Positions 26,477-37,100 of a stretch of 47,497 nucleotides of DNA are shown piece after piece. The stretch lies in the IMG/VR virus record IMGVR_UViG_3300033519_000251, positions 1 through 47,497 of that record; one strand, written 5' to 3'. How positions within the stretch are numbered: position 1 is the first letter of the stretch; the number at the start of each line of letters is the position of its first letter. Both the position numbers and the translations under genes were made by a program. Source of the DNA: a virus (taxonomy: Duplodnaviria > Caudoviricetes). The notes below the pieces were generated by a model, which was not told the origin of the DNA, did no database searches, and saw nothing but the letters and a program-made list of their open reading frames with translations.

Positions 26477-26815
26477 ATGGATTTATATCTTGATAATAGG
26501 AGCGGTGAGATAATTCCCGGAGTGTTTCTGAAGAAGCTGGTAAAATTAGCCGGAATTGTTTCGGTTACTGTTGATGACCTTGCCATTACGGTAGTTGGCT
26601 CAGGCGAAGGAACACTTACTTACGCACTTTATAGCGGACAAACAAAACTTGCCGAGAATATCACCGGAATTTTTACTGCACCTGATTATGGCACTTACAT
26701 TGTTACGGTTACGCATGAAGGCGAAGGTGTTCCGGCTGAACAAACTGTAAATGTAGCATCAACCGCCACAGGAATAGGTACATGGAAAGTAGGAACAACA
26801 TTTACAATAAACTAA
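26477..26815 (+). CDS. Small Ig-like/beta-rich virion protein
   Basis: GTYIVTVT; C-terminal GIGTWKVGTTFTIN. Confidence 0.6.
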   Translation: MDLYLDNRSGEIIPGVFLKKLVKLAGIVSVTVDDLAITVVGSGEGTLTYALYSGQTKLAENITGIFTAPDYGTYIVTVTHEGEGVPAEQTVNVASTATGIGTWKVGTTFTIN

Positions 26816-26828
26816 ATAATTAAAAATA

Positions 26829-28076
26829 ATGTCAATTCAAAGTAGAACAACATTAAAGGGATATTTCAATACAGGAGATACCCCAACTGAGGCGCAATTT
26901 GCAGACTTCATTGATAGTAATTTGAACCTTACAGATTCTCCATCAAGTGAATTGGGAGCGATTATTAACGCAACAGATGCAGCAACACCTGCCGATGCTG
27001 ATTTAGTGCCGTTCATCGTTTCATCAATATTAAAAAAAATAACATGGGCAAATTTGTTGTCAGCGATAAACGCAAGTACTCGATATGTCTATGAGGGTGA
27101 TTCTATAACAGAATACACAGGAAGTAAGTGGCCTGAACAATTGGCTATTTTGGACGGGAGGGTTGGAATAGGAAAGCAGTATAATGTAGCTATTTCAGGG
27201 GAAACAGCACAAAGCATGGTTTCACAATATGCCACACAAGTGGCAATACACAAACCAACCAAAACTGGTGACGATTGTTATTTCCTCATTTTAGCAGGAA
27301 CTAATGATTGGTTTTATAGCAGAACAGCAGCGCAGATATACGGCGACCTTAAAACTTTGTGGGCAAGTGCAAGAGCTGATGGATTTAAGGTGGTTGCAAT
27401 GACGATTATGCCTGCAACTTTTAGCGGTTATGAAGGAGGTGCAGCAGCGGTTAATCCGCTTATTTTGAGTGACCCTTCATTGTATGACTATATGGTCAGA
27501 ACAGATTTAGTATTACCAGACCCAACAGATACAGACCTAATAGCAGATGGACTTCATCCAACTACTGCTGGTCAAATTCTTATTGCCAAAGAAGTATCAC
27601 GTGTTTTACGCAGTCAATTATCAAATAGTAATAATTTTGGAATTGGAACGCTTAATCCGATTGGTAGGCTAAGTATTAAATCTAATTCACAAGGTGATAA
27701 TATTAAATACATAACATTTGACGATTATTTAAACACAGCTGGTTGGTGGATAGCTTATTCAAATTCTTTAGCTTGTTTATCTATTGATTCATTAGGCAGT
27801 TATCCGCTTGGATTAAATACAACAGGTGGAAATGTCGGAGTTGGTACTAAATCACCAACATCAACACTACATGTCGTCGGAAGCACCTACAACACAACAA
27901 AAGCCCAAATGGTAAGGGGTCAATATCGTTACGATTCACAAAATGTAAACGTTGATACTGCTGGTGATTGGCGTACTTATTCAGATGCTAATGGCTATTA
28001 TACTGAATATTGTACAGTAGGAAATGCAACGCAAGGAGGTGGTACATGGGTTAATAAACATACAATTTCAGTTTAA
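26829..28076 (+). CDS. Tail-associated SGNH/GDSL esterase
   Basis: SGNH blocks EGDSIT, AISGET, AGTND, DGLHP; GIGTLNP and GNVGVGTKSPTSTLHVVG repeats. Confidence 0.85.
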   Translation: MSIQSRTTLKGYFNTGDTPTEAQFADFIDSNLNLTDSPSSELGAIINATDAATPADADLVPFIVSSILKKITWANLLSAINASTRYVYEGDSITEYTGSKWPEQLAILDGRVGIGKQYNVAISGETAQSMVSQYATQVAIHKPTKTGDDCYFLILAGTNDWFYSRTAAQIYGDLKTLWASARADGFKVVAMTIMPATFSGYEGGAAAVNPLILSDPSLYDYMVRTDLVLPDPTDTDLIADGLHPTTAGQILIAKEVSRVLRSQLSNSNNFGIGTLNPIGRLSIKSNSQGDNIKYITFDDYLNTAGWWIAYSNSLACLSIDSLGSYPLGLNTTGGNVGVGTKSPTSTLHVVGSTYNTTKAQMVRGQYRYDSQNVNVDTAGDWRTYSDANGYYTEYCTVGNATQGGGTWVNKHTISV

Positions 28077-28222
28077 AAATTAAAATAATATGATTATGAA
28101 AAAACCAAAAGCATGGCGTGACGGCAATAATACTAATTTGGTATTTGCAAATAAAAGTGGTGGAATGTTTAATTTACTATAATCATTTCCCATACCCATC
28201 AATACTTTGTTTTACCCAGGCC

Positions 28223-28248
28223 AACCTCGAAGCAATAACTTCGAGGTT
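28223..28248. terminator. Hairpin between the convergent tail operon and integrase
   Basis: AACCTCGAAG-CAATAA-CTTCGAGGTT. Confidence 0.65.
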
Positions 28249-28268
28249 TCGCTTTTCGACGTAGTTGC

Positions 28269-29384
28269 TTAATACCCCTTAAATGTCTTCACAAACTTAT
28301 CGGATGCTTTTCGCCGGAATTCATTGATATACTGTTGCGTTTGATCGAGCGAGTAATGACGGTTCTGAAGCTGGATATCACGTGCGTTAAGATCCTGGTC
28401 GAAAGCCATACCGTTGCCGGTATGTTTCATGTCGTAAATGTTTTTTGTAAAGTTGTACTTCTTTTTAAAAAGTCGCCACCAGTCGCTGATCCGGTTCGGA
28501 CTAATCTTTTCGGGTCCAGGATTGAGCATTTTTCCAAACAGATACCAATCCGAAGGGTAATCGCGATTCCAATCTTTCAAATTTTCAAACAACTGATCGG
28601 GAATGACGATGGTTTCGGTTTTTCCGTTTTTACTTTTATTGCCAGGTACCAGGATCATTTGATTGTCCCACATCACATCTTTAAATTGCAATCTTACCAA
28701 TTCGGCTGGCCTCAGAAAACAATAAAAAATCAATTGTGAGATAACATACAACTGGTAGTTGTATGCCGGCAAGATGCCGGTAATGGTGGCCAGTTCCTCC
28801 GGGGTGTAGGCTGTAATGCCTGGTTCGTTTACCTTTATCAGTTTTATCCCTAAAATCGGGTTAAAATCAACATACTCCCGTTCGAGCAGCACATTAAACA
28901 GTGTCTTTAGCGAGCGCAGCCGGTTGTTGTGGGTCCGGTTTGATACTTTCTCGACGATTAAACAATCGTCGAGATATTTCTGAATGTGTTTACGGGAACA
29001 GTCTTTAACCGGCTTATCGTTAATTTCTTTTGTTTCCGCCCACTCCAAAAACAGTTTGGCAACCGAACGGTAGGTAAATGCGGTTCGCTTACCGGTTACT
29101 GATAGTTTGTAATCGACAGCAAAATCGAGGGCTTTTTGGAGAGAAACTCCAAGTGTGCGGGATGAGAAAGGATTAAAACCGGATAACAGCTTTCGCTTTA
29201 TCTCAGCTTTAATCTCATTTGCATGTGTGTACCGGGCAGTTTTTGTTTGGTACTTAGAGGAGATAAAAACCCTGAAGCGTTGAAATTTCCCGGTATCAGG
29301 ATTTTTGTAGTAGTAATACACAAACCATCTTTGGTTTAGGTCGGAATCGGCATCAAAAATTCGAGGTAACTTAAAATCATCCAT
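28269..29384 (-). CDS. int: Tyrosine integrase
   Basis: FLRPAEL (catalytic R), KSKN, YDMKHTG, QNRH, TQQY; adjacent attP. Confidence 0.93.
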   Translation of the reverse strand: MDDFKLPRIFDADSDLNQRWFVYYYYKNPDTGKFQRFRVFISSKYQTKTARYTHANEIKAEIKRKLLSGFNPFSSRTLGVSLQKALDFAVDYKLSVTGKRTAFTYRSVAKLFLEWAETKEINDKPVKDCSRKHIQKYLDDCLIVEKVSNRTHNNRLRSLKTLFNVLLEREYVDFNPILGIKLIKVNEPGITAYTPEELATITGILPAYNYQLYVISQLIFYCFLRPAELVRLQFKDVMWDNQMILVPGNKSKNGKTETIVIPDQLFENLKDWNRDYPSDWYLFGKMLNPGPEKISPNRISDWWRLFKKKYNFTKNIYDMKHTGNGMAFDQDLNARDIQLQNRHYSLDQTQQYINEFRRKASDKFVKTFKGY

Positions 29385-29404
29385 TTGGATATTTTTTTAA
29401 GATC

Positions 29405-29416
29405 CCGTCGCGGCAC
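29405..29416 (-). promoter_or_regulatory. GTGCCGCGACGG motif 20 nt upstream of the int start
   Basis: One of four copies (29405, 29657, 31792, and inverted at 39456). Confidence 0.65.
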
Positions 29417-29423
29417 TTAAATG

Positions 29424-29614
29424 TTTGTCGCTTTTGTCGCACGCGACAAACATTTTTTTATTCATTTGCTTGTATTACAAGCACTTAAATAGTACCCGGG
29501 GCGGGACTTGAAACACAATAATAACATTTAACTCCTTGTTTTTAACCTGTTTAGCTTTGTCGCTTTTTGTCTTTTTTAGCTGACGTAGACTGGTTTTGTC
29601 TCTTCTTTTGTCTC
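29424..29614. repeat. Probable integrase arm-type sites flanking the attP core
   Basis: TTTGTCGC at 29424, 29433, 29556; inverted at 29443; TTTGTCTY at 29566, 29595, 29607. Confidence 0.7.
29492..29512 (-). other. attP core: 3' end of a tRNA gene (probably tRNA-Leu)
   Basis: - strand TTCAAGTCCCGCCCCGGGTAC is a T-loop, T-stem and acceptor 3' strand; the rest of the tRNA is absent. Confidence 0.8.
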
Positions 29615-29718
29615 TAAAAAAAGCGAAGTGGGGATGGGAGGGAGTAAGAACACTTACCGTCGCGGCACGCTGTGATTTGTGGTTTAGCTTCCTTGAATGG
29701 ATCCCCATTCGCTGTATT

Positions 29719-30111
29719 TTAATGCTGCATCCGTGGCGTTTCGTAATTGCCGTTTTGAGTAGCCATTATCAAATCGTCGGAGCCGGGTTTTTTGGGCTCG
29801 TAGCGCTCCAGTTCCTTTTCGAGCCTGGCAATAAGTTTATCTTTATCCTTTAGCTGCGACCTTAATAACTCTATCTCCATTTTGCCATAATGCTGAATTG
29901 GCTCTTTTACTACATTTTCATTTTCTTCTTTCCACCAAAAGGCAGGCGAAACGCCTAAAGCCTTACTCATCTTTTCTAAATCAGAAACCCTACAATCATT
30001 CCTTTCAAAAAACTGATAAAGTACTTGTTTATCCCTTCCAAGAAGTTTTGCGAGTGATGGTACGCTAATTTTTTTTGACTCCGCGTATTTTTGTATCTTG
30101 TTGACTGTCAT
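29719..30111 (-). CDS. CI-like XRE repressor
   Basis: ISVPSLAKLLGRDKQVLYQFF...DLEKMSKALGVSPAFW plus C-terminal coiled coil; divergent from the early operon. Confidence 0.8.
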   Translation of the reverse strand: MTVNKIQKYAESKKISVPSLAKLLGRDKQVLYQFFERNDCRVSDLEKMSKALGVSPAFWWKEENENVVKEPIQHYGKMEIELLRSQLKDKDKLIARLEKELERYEPKKPGSDDLIMATQNGNYETPRMQH

Positions 30112-30242
30112 ATTGAATAATTTATAAAGAAATTAAATTATGTCTTTTTGAAATTATTTCTTGACTTTTATGGAATAATATTATTACTATTGTCGCTCAA
30201 AGTTAACATTCATTTTTGATAATAACAAAAAATATTCCAAAC

Positions 30243-30470
30243 ATGCTAAAAAGTGACATAATTAAAAAGATAAGGACAAATACCCGCTTAAAGCTGGAAA
30301 TTGCCCTCATGCTCGAACGTAGCATCCCCACAATTGAGCGGATGCTCAACAAAAACCACCTGATGCTTACCAGGATCGACGTGCTCAAAAAACTGGCTGC
30401 CGAACTGAATATCGAAAACTTTGAAGACCTGTTGGAAAAATCAGAAGCCTACTTTTCAAAATCAGCATAG
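30243..30470 (+). CDS. Cro-like HTH protein (start MLKSD)
   Basis: LEIALMLERSIPTIERML; first gene opposite the repressor. Confidence 0.65.
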   Translation: MLKSDIIKKIRTNTRLKLEIALMLERSIPTIERMLNKNHLMLTRIDVLKKLAAELNIENFEDLLEKSEAYFSKSA

Positions 30471-30472
30471 CC

Positions 30473-30829
30473 ATGAAAATCGAATTTTATAAGGACCATT
30501 CCGGCACCTTTAAGCCGGTGCTTTACTTCAAGTTTGAAGGGGCAAACTTCGAGGAGTTTGATAAACTTACCCCTGAAGAGATTGAAACCATTTTCGATCA
30601 CATCTGTAAATTTGATGAAGCCAAAAAAGCGCTACTGCATTTGAGCAGGTTTTTCCCAGGCAACAAAAAGCAAATACTGCTGCAGTTTATTTCGTGCAAC
30701 TGGCTCGAACTCGACGACATGGTTTATATTACCGATACCAGGTTAAACTATGAGTTTGTTCCATGCCCGCGCCGGTCGGCTGGAACATGCGAATTTGGTT
30801 GTAAAATATGTATGAAAAATCATTTTTAA
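30473..30829 (+). CDS. Cys-rich early protein
   Basis: FISCNW.ELD...YEFVPCPRR..GTCEFGCKIC. Confidence 0.7.
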   Translation: MKIEFYKDHSGTFKPVLYFKFEGANFEEFDKLTPEEIETIFDHICKFDEAKKALLHLSRFFPGNKKQILLQFISCNWLELDDMVYITDTRLNYEFVPCPRRSAGTCEFGCKICMKNHF

Positions 30830-30840
30830 ATCTTACAAAT

Positions 30841-31371
30841 ATGGACATCATAAAATTTACTTACAACAACAACGAAATCAGTTTTCAGCCCGACGCAGGC
30901 AAAAATCTGATGGTAAACGCTACCGAAATGGCTAAAGCTTTCGGTAAAGAAATTAAGCATTTTAATGAAAATGCAAGTACCGAATTTTTTATTAATGCAT
31001 GCTTGAATGGTCGGAATTCCGACTATTTAGGAGTAAAAAACCGCGAAGATTTGATCATTTCAAACCCAAAAACCGGCACCTGGATGCACAGGATTTTAGC
31101 GCTCAAATTTGCAGCCTGGATAAATTCAGAATTTGAAGTTTGGGTTTATTCGACCATCGAAGATTTAATCTTTGGGCAATACAAACGCCTCGAAGAAAGC
31201 CTTAAAGCCAGCGCAAAACGCAAAGTTCAGATTGAAGAACTCCGCAACAAGTTGGCCGAGAGCGAAGAATTTCAAACGCTCGAACGCCTCGAACTCGAAG
31301 AGCGCCAGGCAGCCTACCGCCGTAGCCGTGAAAACTCAGCACAATTGGAGCTTTTTAAAATTGAAGCGTAA
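30841..31371 (+). CDS. KilA-N domain DNA-binding/antirepressor-like protein
   Basis: VNATEMAKAFGK...GTWMHRILALKFAAWINSEFEVWV. Confidence 0.9.
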   Translation: MDIIKFTYNNNEISFQPDAGKNLMVNATEMAKAFGKEIKHFNENASTEFFINACLNGRNSDYLGVKNREDLIISNPKTGTWMHRILALKFAAWINSEFEVWVYSTIEDLIFGQYKRLEESLKASAKRKVQIEELRNKLAESEEFQTLERLELEERQAAYRRSRENSAQLELFKIEA

Positions 31372-31616
31372 TGATCAAGCCCATCACACTCCAAAGCATT
31401 ATCACTTTTCAGCAAAAGAAGCTGAAACAAGCAAAGCGCAACCAAAACGAAACGGTTGTGTATGCCGAAAAGATGATCCTTGAAATACTGTGCGAGCACG
31501 AGCGCATGATCCAGAACTTTGAAGGCAATGTAGTTTTACACATGTCGCCGGAGCGCTTTAAGCTTATCGAAAATATCAGGCCCACCGGGGTGACGTTGGA
31601 TGATCAGTCCGATTAG
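31371..31616 (+). CDS. Hypothetical protein
   Basis: 81 aa; TAATG overlap. Confidence 0.7.
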   Translation: MIKPITLQSIITFQQKKLKQAKRNQNETVVYAEKMILEILCEHERMIQNFEGNVVLHMSPERFKLIENIRPTGVTLDDQSD

Positions 31617-31880
31617 AACTCACCGATTTCTTAGTGAGTGATGGCCGTGTTCCCCGTTTTCCTTTTCGGGGCAAACCTGTCGGGCTGGGGTTCGTAAACA
31701 CCTAAACATAGCAGCTAAACACGGCAAAGAATGATGACAGGAAAAAACCTGTGACAGGAGGGAAAGACCCCGAAATAATATGAAGCTAAATCCGTCGCGG
31801 CACGACTGTAACAGCTTCCAGTTCTTTCGCACCATGGTTGGAATCACGCTTCAGGGCGTGATCTCCAGCTTGGTTTTTTT
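31617..31880 (+). ncRNA. Candidate structured regulatory RNA in the early operon
   Basis: ~260-nt gap without a plausible + ORF; several hairpins; carries CCGTCGCGGCAC at 31792-31803. Confidence 0.5.
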
Positions 31881-32098
31881 ATCACAATGAAAAAAATAAG
31901 GTACAAAACCGGACAAAGCAGCTACGCAAAAAGGATGATGCGACGTAACCTGATCATCGTTCACGCGCTGAAATTGATGGAAAAGGATTTGAGATAGAAA
32001 TTAAAAAGCCTTCCGCGTGGTAGCGAGCTACGAAGCTACTTTAAAGATGAAATTTCGATAACTCAAAATATTTTAGAACAATACAAAAACAGAATCTG

Positions 32099-32275
32099 AT
32101 GGAAACTATAAGAATCGCATTAAATGCATCAAGTGTAATGGTGCCGCTAATTGCAGCACTGTTGGTAGTAGGTTGGTTTGTTGATAAAGCAATAAACATC
32201 AGCAACCAAAACAAAAACATCTATCGCGATGCAGCCCGCGAACAGTGGCAGTCTGAAAAGAAAGAATCGCTATGA
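32099..32275 (+). CDS. 58-aa single-TM protein (absent from ORF track)
   Basis: METIRIALNASSVMVPLIAALLVVGWFVDK...KESL; ATGA overlap with the next gene. Confidence 0.6.
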   Translation: METIRIALNASSVMVPLIAALLVVGWFVDKAINISNQNKNIYRDAAREQWQSEKKESL

Positions 32276-32718
32276 TTTTCATGGTAGATAAATTTGAGAG
32301 TTGCCAGGTTACCGGAATCACCGATTTTGAACTTACCTGGAATGCCGGAAGAGGCGAATACAGCGAAAAGCTGTTCGATATCCAAATCGTACAAGCTGTT
32401 GATTATATTTTTTCGATAGCACGCGAAGCCATCCTGATCAGGCTTGAACTCTTTTTGAAAAAGGTTATTCCAATAACCGACCGCGCCGATGATGCAGCCT
32501 TTTTGTGGGGAAAACTTGCCGACTTAAACGCGAAGGATTTTAAACCCATTTGCCAGAACATCAACTTTTTAAAAGACCGCATTTACGCACTGATCCCCGG
32601 CAAAAAAACCGACATCGAAACCGCGCTTCACCGCGATGCAAACGACATTATCGCCTTCGCAAAATCGAACTGCGAAGCAAAATTTGAAAATTTTATTAAT
32701 CATTTAATAGCAGCTTAA
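32272..32718 (+). CDS. Hypothetical protein
   Basis: 148 aa in the early operon. Confidence 0.75.
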   Translation: MIFMVDKFESCQVTGITDFELTWNAGRGEYSEKLFDIQIVQAVDYIFSIAREAILIRLELFLKKVIPITDRADDAAFLWGKLADLNAKDFKPICQNINFLKDRIYALIPGKKTDIETALHRDANDIIAFAKSNCEAKFENFINHLIAA

Positions 32719-32720
32719 TT

Positions 32721-32987
32721 ATGAAAGAAAATTGTGATTGTTTAAAGAAGGTATCCGAGTTGGCCGTAAAGCATGTTACCGATACCAGTACACTAAAATC
32801 TTTTAAGGTTAAAGATTTTAGGTGGAAAAACTCCAGTATTTACCCAAAACAAAGAATTTACTCTGTTATCGAACTTAACTACACTTTCGAAAGAGTTGAT
32901 GGGAACGAGAGTAAGACTAAAAATGATTCGATAAGCATTTTTTATACGTACTGTCCTTTTTGTGGTTTGAAATATGAAAATGAGTAA
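32721..32987 (+). CDS. Small Zn-binding hypothetical protein
   Basis: CDC...YCPFCG. Confidence 0.75.
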   Translation: MKENCDCLKKVSELAVKHVTDTSTLKSFKVKDFRWKNSSIYPKQRIYSVIELNYTFERVDGNESKTKNDSISIFYTYCPFCGLKYENE

Positions 32988-33570
32988 TAATATGAAAACC
33001 CATCCAATAATTTTCAGCACCCCAATGGTGCAGGCCATCATCGAAGGCCGCAAAACAATGACCAGAAGAATCGTAAAAATGTATAGTAATGACGATCATC
33101 CCGCCAGACAAAATGCCACCTGGCTCAGTGAAAACAAAACATGCCCTTACGGTGAAGTTGGCGACGTGCTTTGGGTAAGGGAAAGTTTCACACCCGATTA
33201 CTTTGATAATCATCAGCCAGCCTATAAAGCTGATTGGACTAAATTATCTGCTGAATATGCTTTTGAACCAAAATGGAAACCCTCCATCCACATGCCAAAA
33301 GCCGCTGCCAGAATATTTCTCGAAGTTGTAAGTATCAGGGTTGAGCAGTTGCTTTCGATTTCATTTGAAGATGCTGAAAAAGAAGGAATACTTGGGCTAA
33401 ATTGCTGTAAAAGGTATTTTGATTATGTATCAAATAATTACACTAAACCAAATTCAATTTCTTCTTTTCGCAGCCTTTGGGTAAGCATTAATGGCAGAAA
33501 ATCATGGAACTCAAACCCCTGGGTTTATGTAATAGAATTTAAACGGATTGATAAACATGAAAACTTCTAA
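32974..33570 (+). CDS. ASCH/PUA-like phage protein
   Basis: IIFSTPMVQAIIEGRKTMTRR, GDVLWVRE, WKPSIHMPKAAARIFLEV, WNSNPWV; start may be 32992. Confidence 0.8.
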   Translation: MKMSNNMKTHPIIFSTPMVQAIIEGRKTMTRRIVKMYSNDDHPARQNATWLSENKTCPYGEVGDVLWVRESFTPDYFDNHQPAYKADWTKLSAEYAFEPKWKPSIHMPKAAARIFLEVVSIRVEQLLSISFEDAEKEGILGLNCCKRYFDYVSNNYTKPNSISSFRSLWVSINGRKSWNSNPWVYVIEFKRIDKHENF

Positions 33571-33572
33571 CC

Positions 33573-33821
33573 ATGCCACAACGTAAAATCAAATTAACAA
33601 CAGCACTCCCGGCACCATCCCAGGCTTTAAACCCGCCAAAAAAATCATATTGCATGTTTTGCGGCAACCAACTGCCACAGTGGAGCGAAGCGGTAAACTG
33701 TAGCGCAAAAGCGTGCCGCGAACAGCAGGAAGACCTGCGCAAAAAACGCAAATCGCTTGAATGGGATGGCGTTATCGAACCTGGTTATATTTTCCAGTGC
33801 ACCCAGGCATGTATCTTTTAA
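33573..33821 (+). CDS. Zn-finger hypothetical protein
   Basis: CMFCG...CSAKAC. Confidence 0.6.
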   Translation: MPQRKIKLTTALPAPSQALNPPKKSYCMFCGNQLPQWSEAVNCSAKACREQQEDLRKKRKSLEWDGVIEPGYIFQCTQACIF

Positions 33822-33845
33822 TAAACCTTTAAAAATATTTAATCT

Positions 33846-34106
33846 ATGAAGCCTCCAAAAAGAATTATCCAAATTGCTGAATTTGAAGCATCAGCAGAAT
33901 TTTACAATTTTGGGATACCGTTATCTATACTCAGGGATGATGTTACCAGGGCAATAAAGAATTATAGAGAAGCTAAACAAAAAATGATTGACTTTGAAAA
34001 CGAACAAAAGGAAATCAGACAATGGCTTGATAGTATTTACGATCAGTCTATAAATATTGATTCTGCCAACACTGAACACCAAACAACAAACAAAAAACAA
34101 TCTTAA
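33846..34106 (+). CDS. Hypothetical protein
   Basis: 86 aa in operon. Confidence 0.65.
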   Translation: MKPPKRIIQIAEFEASAEFYNFGIPLSILRDDVTRAIKNYREAKQKMIDFENEQKEIRQWLDSIYDQSINIDSANTEHQTTNKKQS

Positions 34107-34109
34107 CCT

Positions 34110-37100
34110 ATGATCAGTCCTGAAAAAAAACAGGAGGTTTTGCGTGTTGCACGTATCGAGGATGTTGTTGCAAAATACTACGATCTTAAAAAGTCGGGGG
34201 CTTCGCTTTATACTACCTGCCCAAAATGCGGCAAATCGGGTAAAGGAAAAGGCTTAATCGTTACCAAATCGAAACAGGTTTACAAATGCTTCTCATGCGA
34301 TTTTGCCGGAAACAACGCCATTACATTTGTGATGGAAACCCAGGCCATAGGTTTTATTGATGCTGTTAAACAGGTTGCCGAAATGTACAACATCAGTCTG
34401 GACGAACGCCCCGAACCCAAAGGACCGCAAAAGCGTGGTGGAAACCTGCCGGAGTCGTTCAGGAATATTCAGCTTAGGCAATCCGGTTTGGATGAGAACG
34501 ACCAGAAAGCCACCGTTTTTGTTGCCGACGATACCGAAAAGATTGTTGATACCATCGTTTCGGGTACCCGAAACGATTACGGAGTAATCACCGAAGATAC
34601 CGGTGACGACATGATTATCTGGTATTACGACCTGGAAGGAAAGCCGGTTGAGTTTTTGGCGCCAAAGCATAAAAAAACAGAACATCTGTGGCGGATCCGC
34701 TGGCAGAACCCCGACATCCATTGCGACAAGAGCGGAAACCCGATGAAGTACAGCAGCCCTTATGGTTCTGGCACACACCTTTACATTCCTGAAATATTGC
34801 GCAAGATGTACAAAGAAGGCCGCATTATCAAGCGGCTGTACATCCAGGAAGGCGAAAAGAAATCGATCAAAGCCTGCAAACACGGCATGCCGTCGGTTGG
34901 CATTATGGGCATCCATGCCCTTGGCAGCCATGGCCAGTTACCTTACGACATGCAATTGATTATAAAGCGTTACCAGGTAACCGAAATTATTTTTGTACTC
35001 GATGCCGATTGGGATGAACTTTCGCACTCCATCCAAACCGGATCGAAGGTGGACAGCCGCCCATGGTCGTTTTTTAATGCCGTAAAATCGTACAAAGAAT
35101 ACATCAAAGGACTGGTGAATGGTGGCTTTTATCTCGAAATTTATTTTGCACACATTAAAGCCAACGAAAAAAAGGACAAAGGCATTGATGACCTGCTGAC
35201 CAACACACTCAAAGGCAACGAACACGAGCTTTTTGAAGATTTTGAGAAAAGCATCAACCTGAAGGATGGCGCCGGAAAGTACATTGATCTGCACAAGATC
35301 ACCACCACGAGCGACGGCAAGCTGATGGAGCTTTGGTCGCTGCAATCGGCAGAATCGTTTGCCGAGCGTTACCGCGAGCAGCTTGAGGAAATCAAAGAAT
35401 TCAAGATCGGCAAGCACCTGTGGCGCTTCGGCGAAAACAAAAAGCTGGAGCTTGCACAGCCACTCCACGACGACGAAATATTCTGGAGCGTTGTAAATAA
35501 CCGCGACCGCTCTGGAAACGACAAGCAAACCATAACTTTCGATTATGAGAATGCTTACAATTTCCTGCGCAACCGTGGCTTTGGCCGCATAATGATGGCC
35601 AACGGGCAGTATTTCTTTTGCCACCTTGACGGCAAGATTGTGGAGATTGTTGAACCCTTCCAGGTTAAGGATTATGTGTTGGAAATTATGCAGGAAATCT
35701 GCCCCAAAGATGTGCGCAACATGCTTTACCGTGGTGGCAGGATGTACTTGGGTCCCGAAAGCCTGGGTTCGCTCCGTTACTTTATTCCGGAGTTTGCAAA
35801 AGCCAACCAGACCAGCCAGCGGCTGTTTTTTAAAAACAAATACTGGCAGATTTCGGCAGGTGGCATCGAAGAAAAAGCCATCACCAACCTGGATTATCAT
35901 GTTTGGCGCGACAAGATTATTGATTTTGACGCTACCAAACTGGCCGAACCCATTGTAAAGGTCGAAAAGCGCGACGGAAATTTTATCATCAAGTTTTCGA
36001 AAGACGGAGCCAACTGCCACTTTGCACGCTTCCTGTTCAACTCATCGGAGTTTAACTGGCGCAAGTTTATCAATCCCGAAACCCGCGAAAAGATTATGGA
36101 CGAGCGCACAGCCGAAGAGCGCTTCGAAACCAACATGCACTTTGTGAGCAAGATGACTGCCATCGGGTACCTGCTCCACAAATTCCGGGATAAATCCTGC
36201 GAAAAGGCAGTGATTGCCATGGATGGCAAGATAAGTGAAGTTGGCGAGAGCAACGGACGCACTGGTAAATCGCTCCTTGGCTTCGCCATCGGGCAGATGA
36301 TCCCGCAGAGCTACATCCCGGGCAAGAGTAAAAACCTTACCGAAGATCCGTTTATCTGGGAAGAAGTTACCGAGAAAACCGACAACGTATTCCTCGACGA
36401 CGTTCGCACCAACATCGACTTTGAATTCTTTTTCCCGATCATCACCGGGCGCATCACCATCAACGTAAAGGGCAAAAAGAAGTTTACCCTTACCGACGAA
36501 CAAACACCCAAGCTATTCCTAACAACGAACCACGCCATCAATGGCGATACTTCATCGTTCCGCGACCGGCAGGCGATTATTGTGTTTTCGGATTTTTACA
36601 ACGAAACCCACAAGCCGGTTGACGACTTTGGCACCAACTTCTTTGTTGAGTGGGACAAGATCCAGTGGAACCTGTTTTACAACTTCATGAGCGATTGCCT
36701 GCAGCTTTACTTTATGGCCCGCGACAATGGCTGGGGACAATCGGGATCGGGGCTGGTGCTTCCACCCATCGAGCGTATCGAGATGCGCCGTATGCGCCAG
36801 TTTATTGGCGAGGACTTCCTGAGCTGGGCAAACGAGTATTTTGGCATATCGGATTTCGATTCGCCAGAGGATTTAAAGCAGGTTAACAGCGCAAACCTGA
36901 ACGTACCCATCCCGCGCCAGGAACTGTTTAATAACTTCCTTGATAAAAACCCATTCCACCGCAAGCATACCACGGCATATCGCTTTAAAAAGAAGATTAC
37001 TACCTGGTGCAAGTTCCGTGGCTTGCTGTTTAACCCACTCAATTTCGACAACCAGGGCCGCCCCGGTGCCGACGACAAATCCGGCGGCGTAGAGAATTTA

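Noticed and set aside
22657-28076. Diversity-generating retroelement or invertible tail-fibre cassette
   Set aside because: No reverse transcriptase, no adenine-specific TR/VR pair, and no invertase or inverted flanking repeats seen.
29492-29512. Complete tRNA gene
   Set aside because: Only the T-loop and 3' acceptor strand are present, consistent with an att core.
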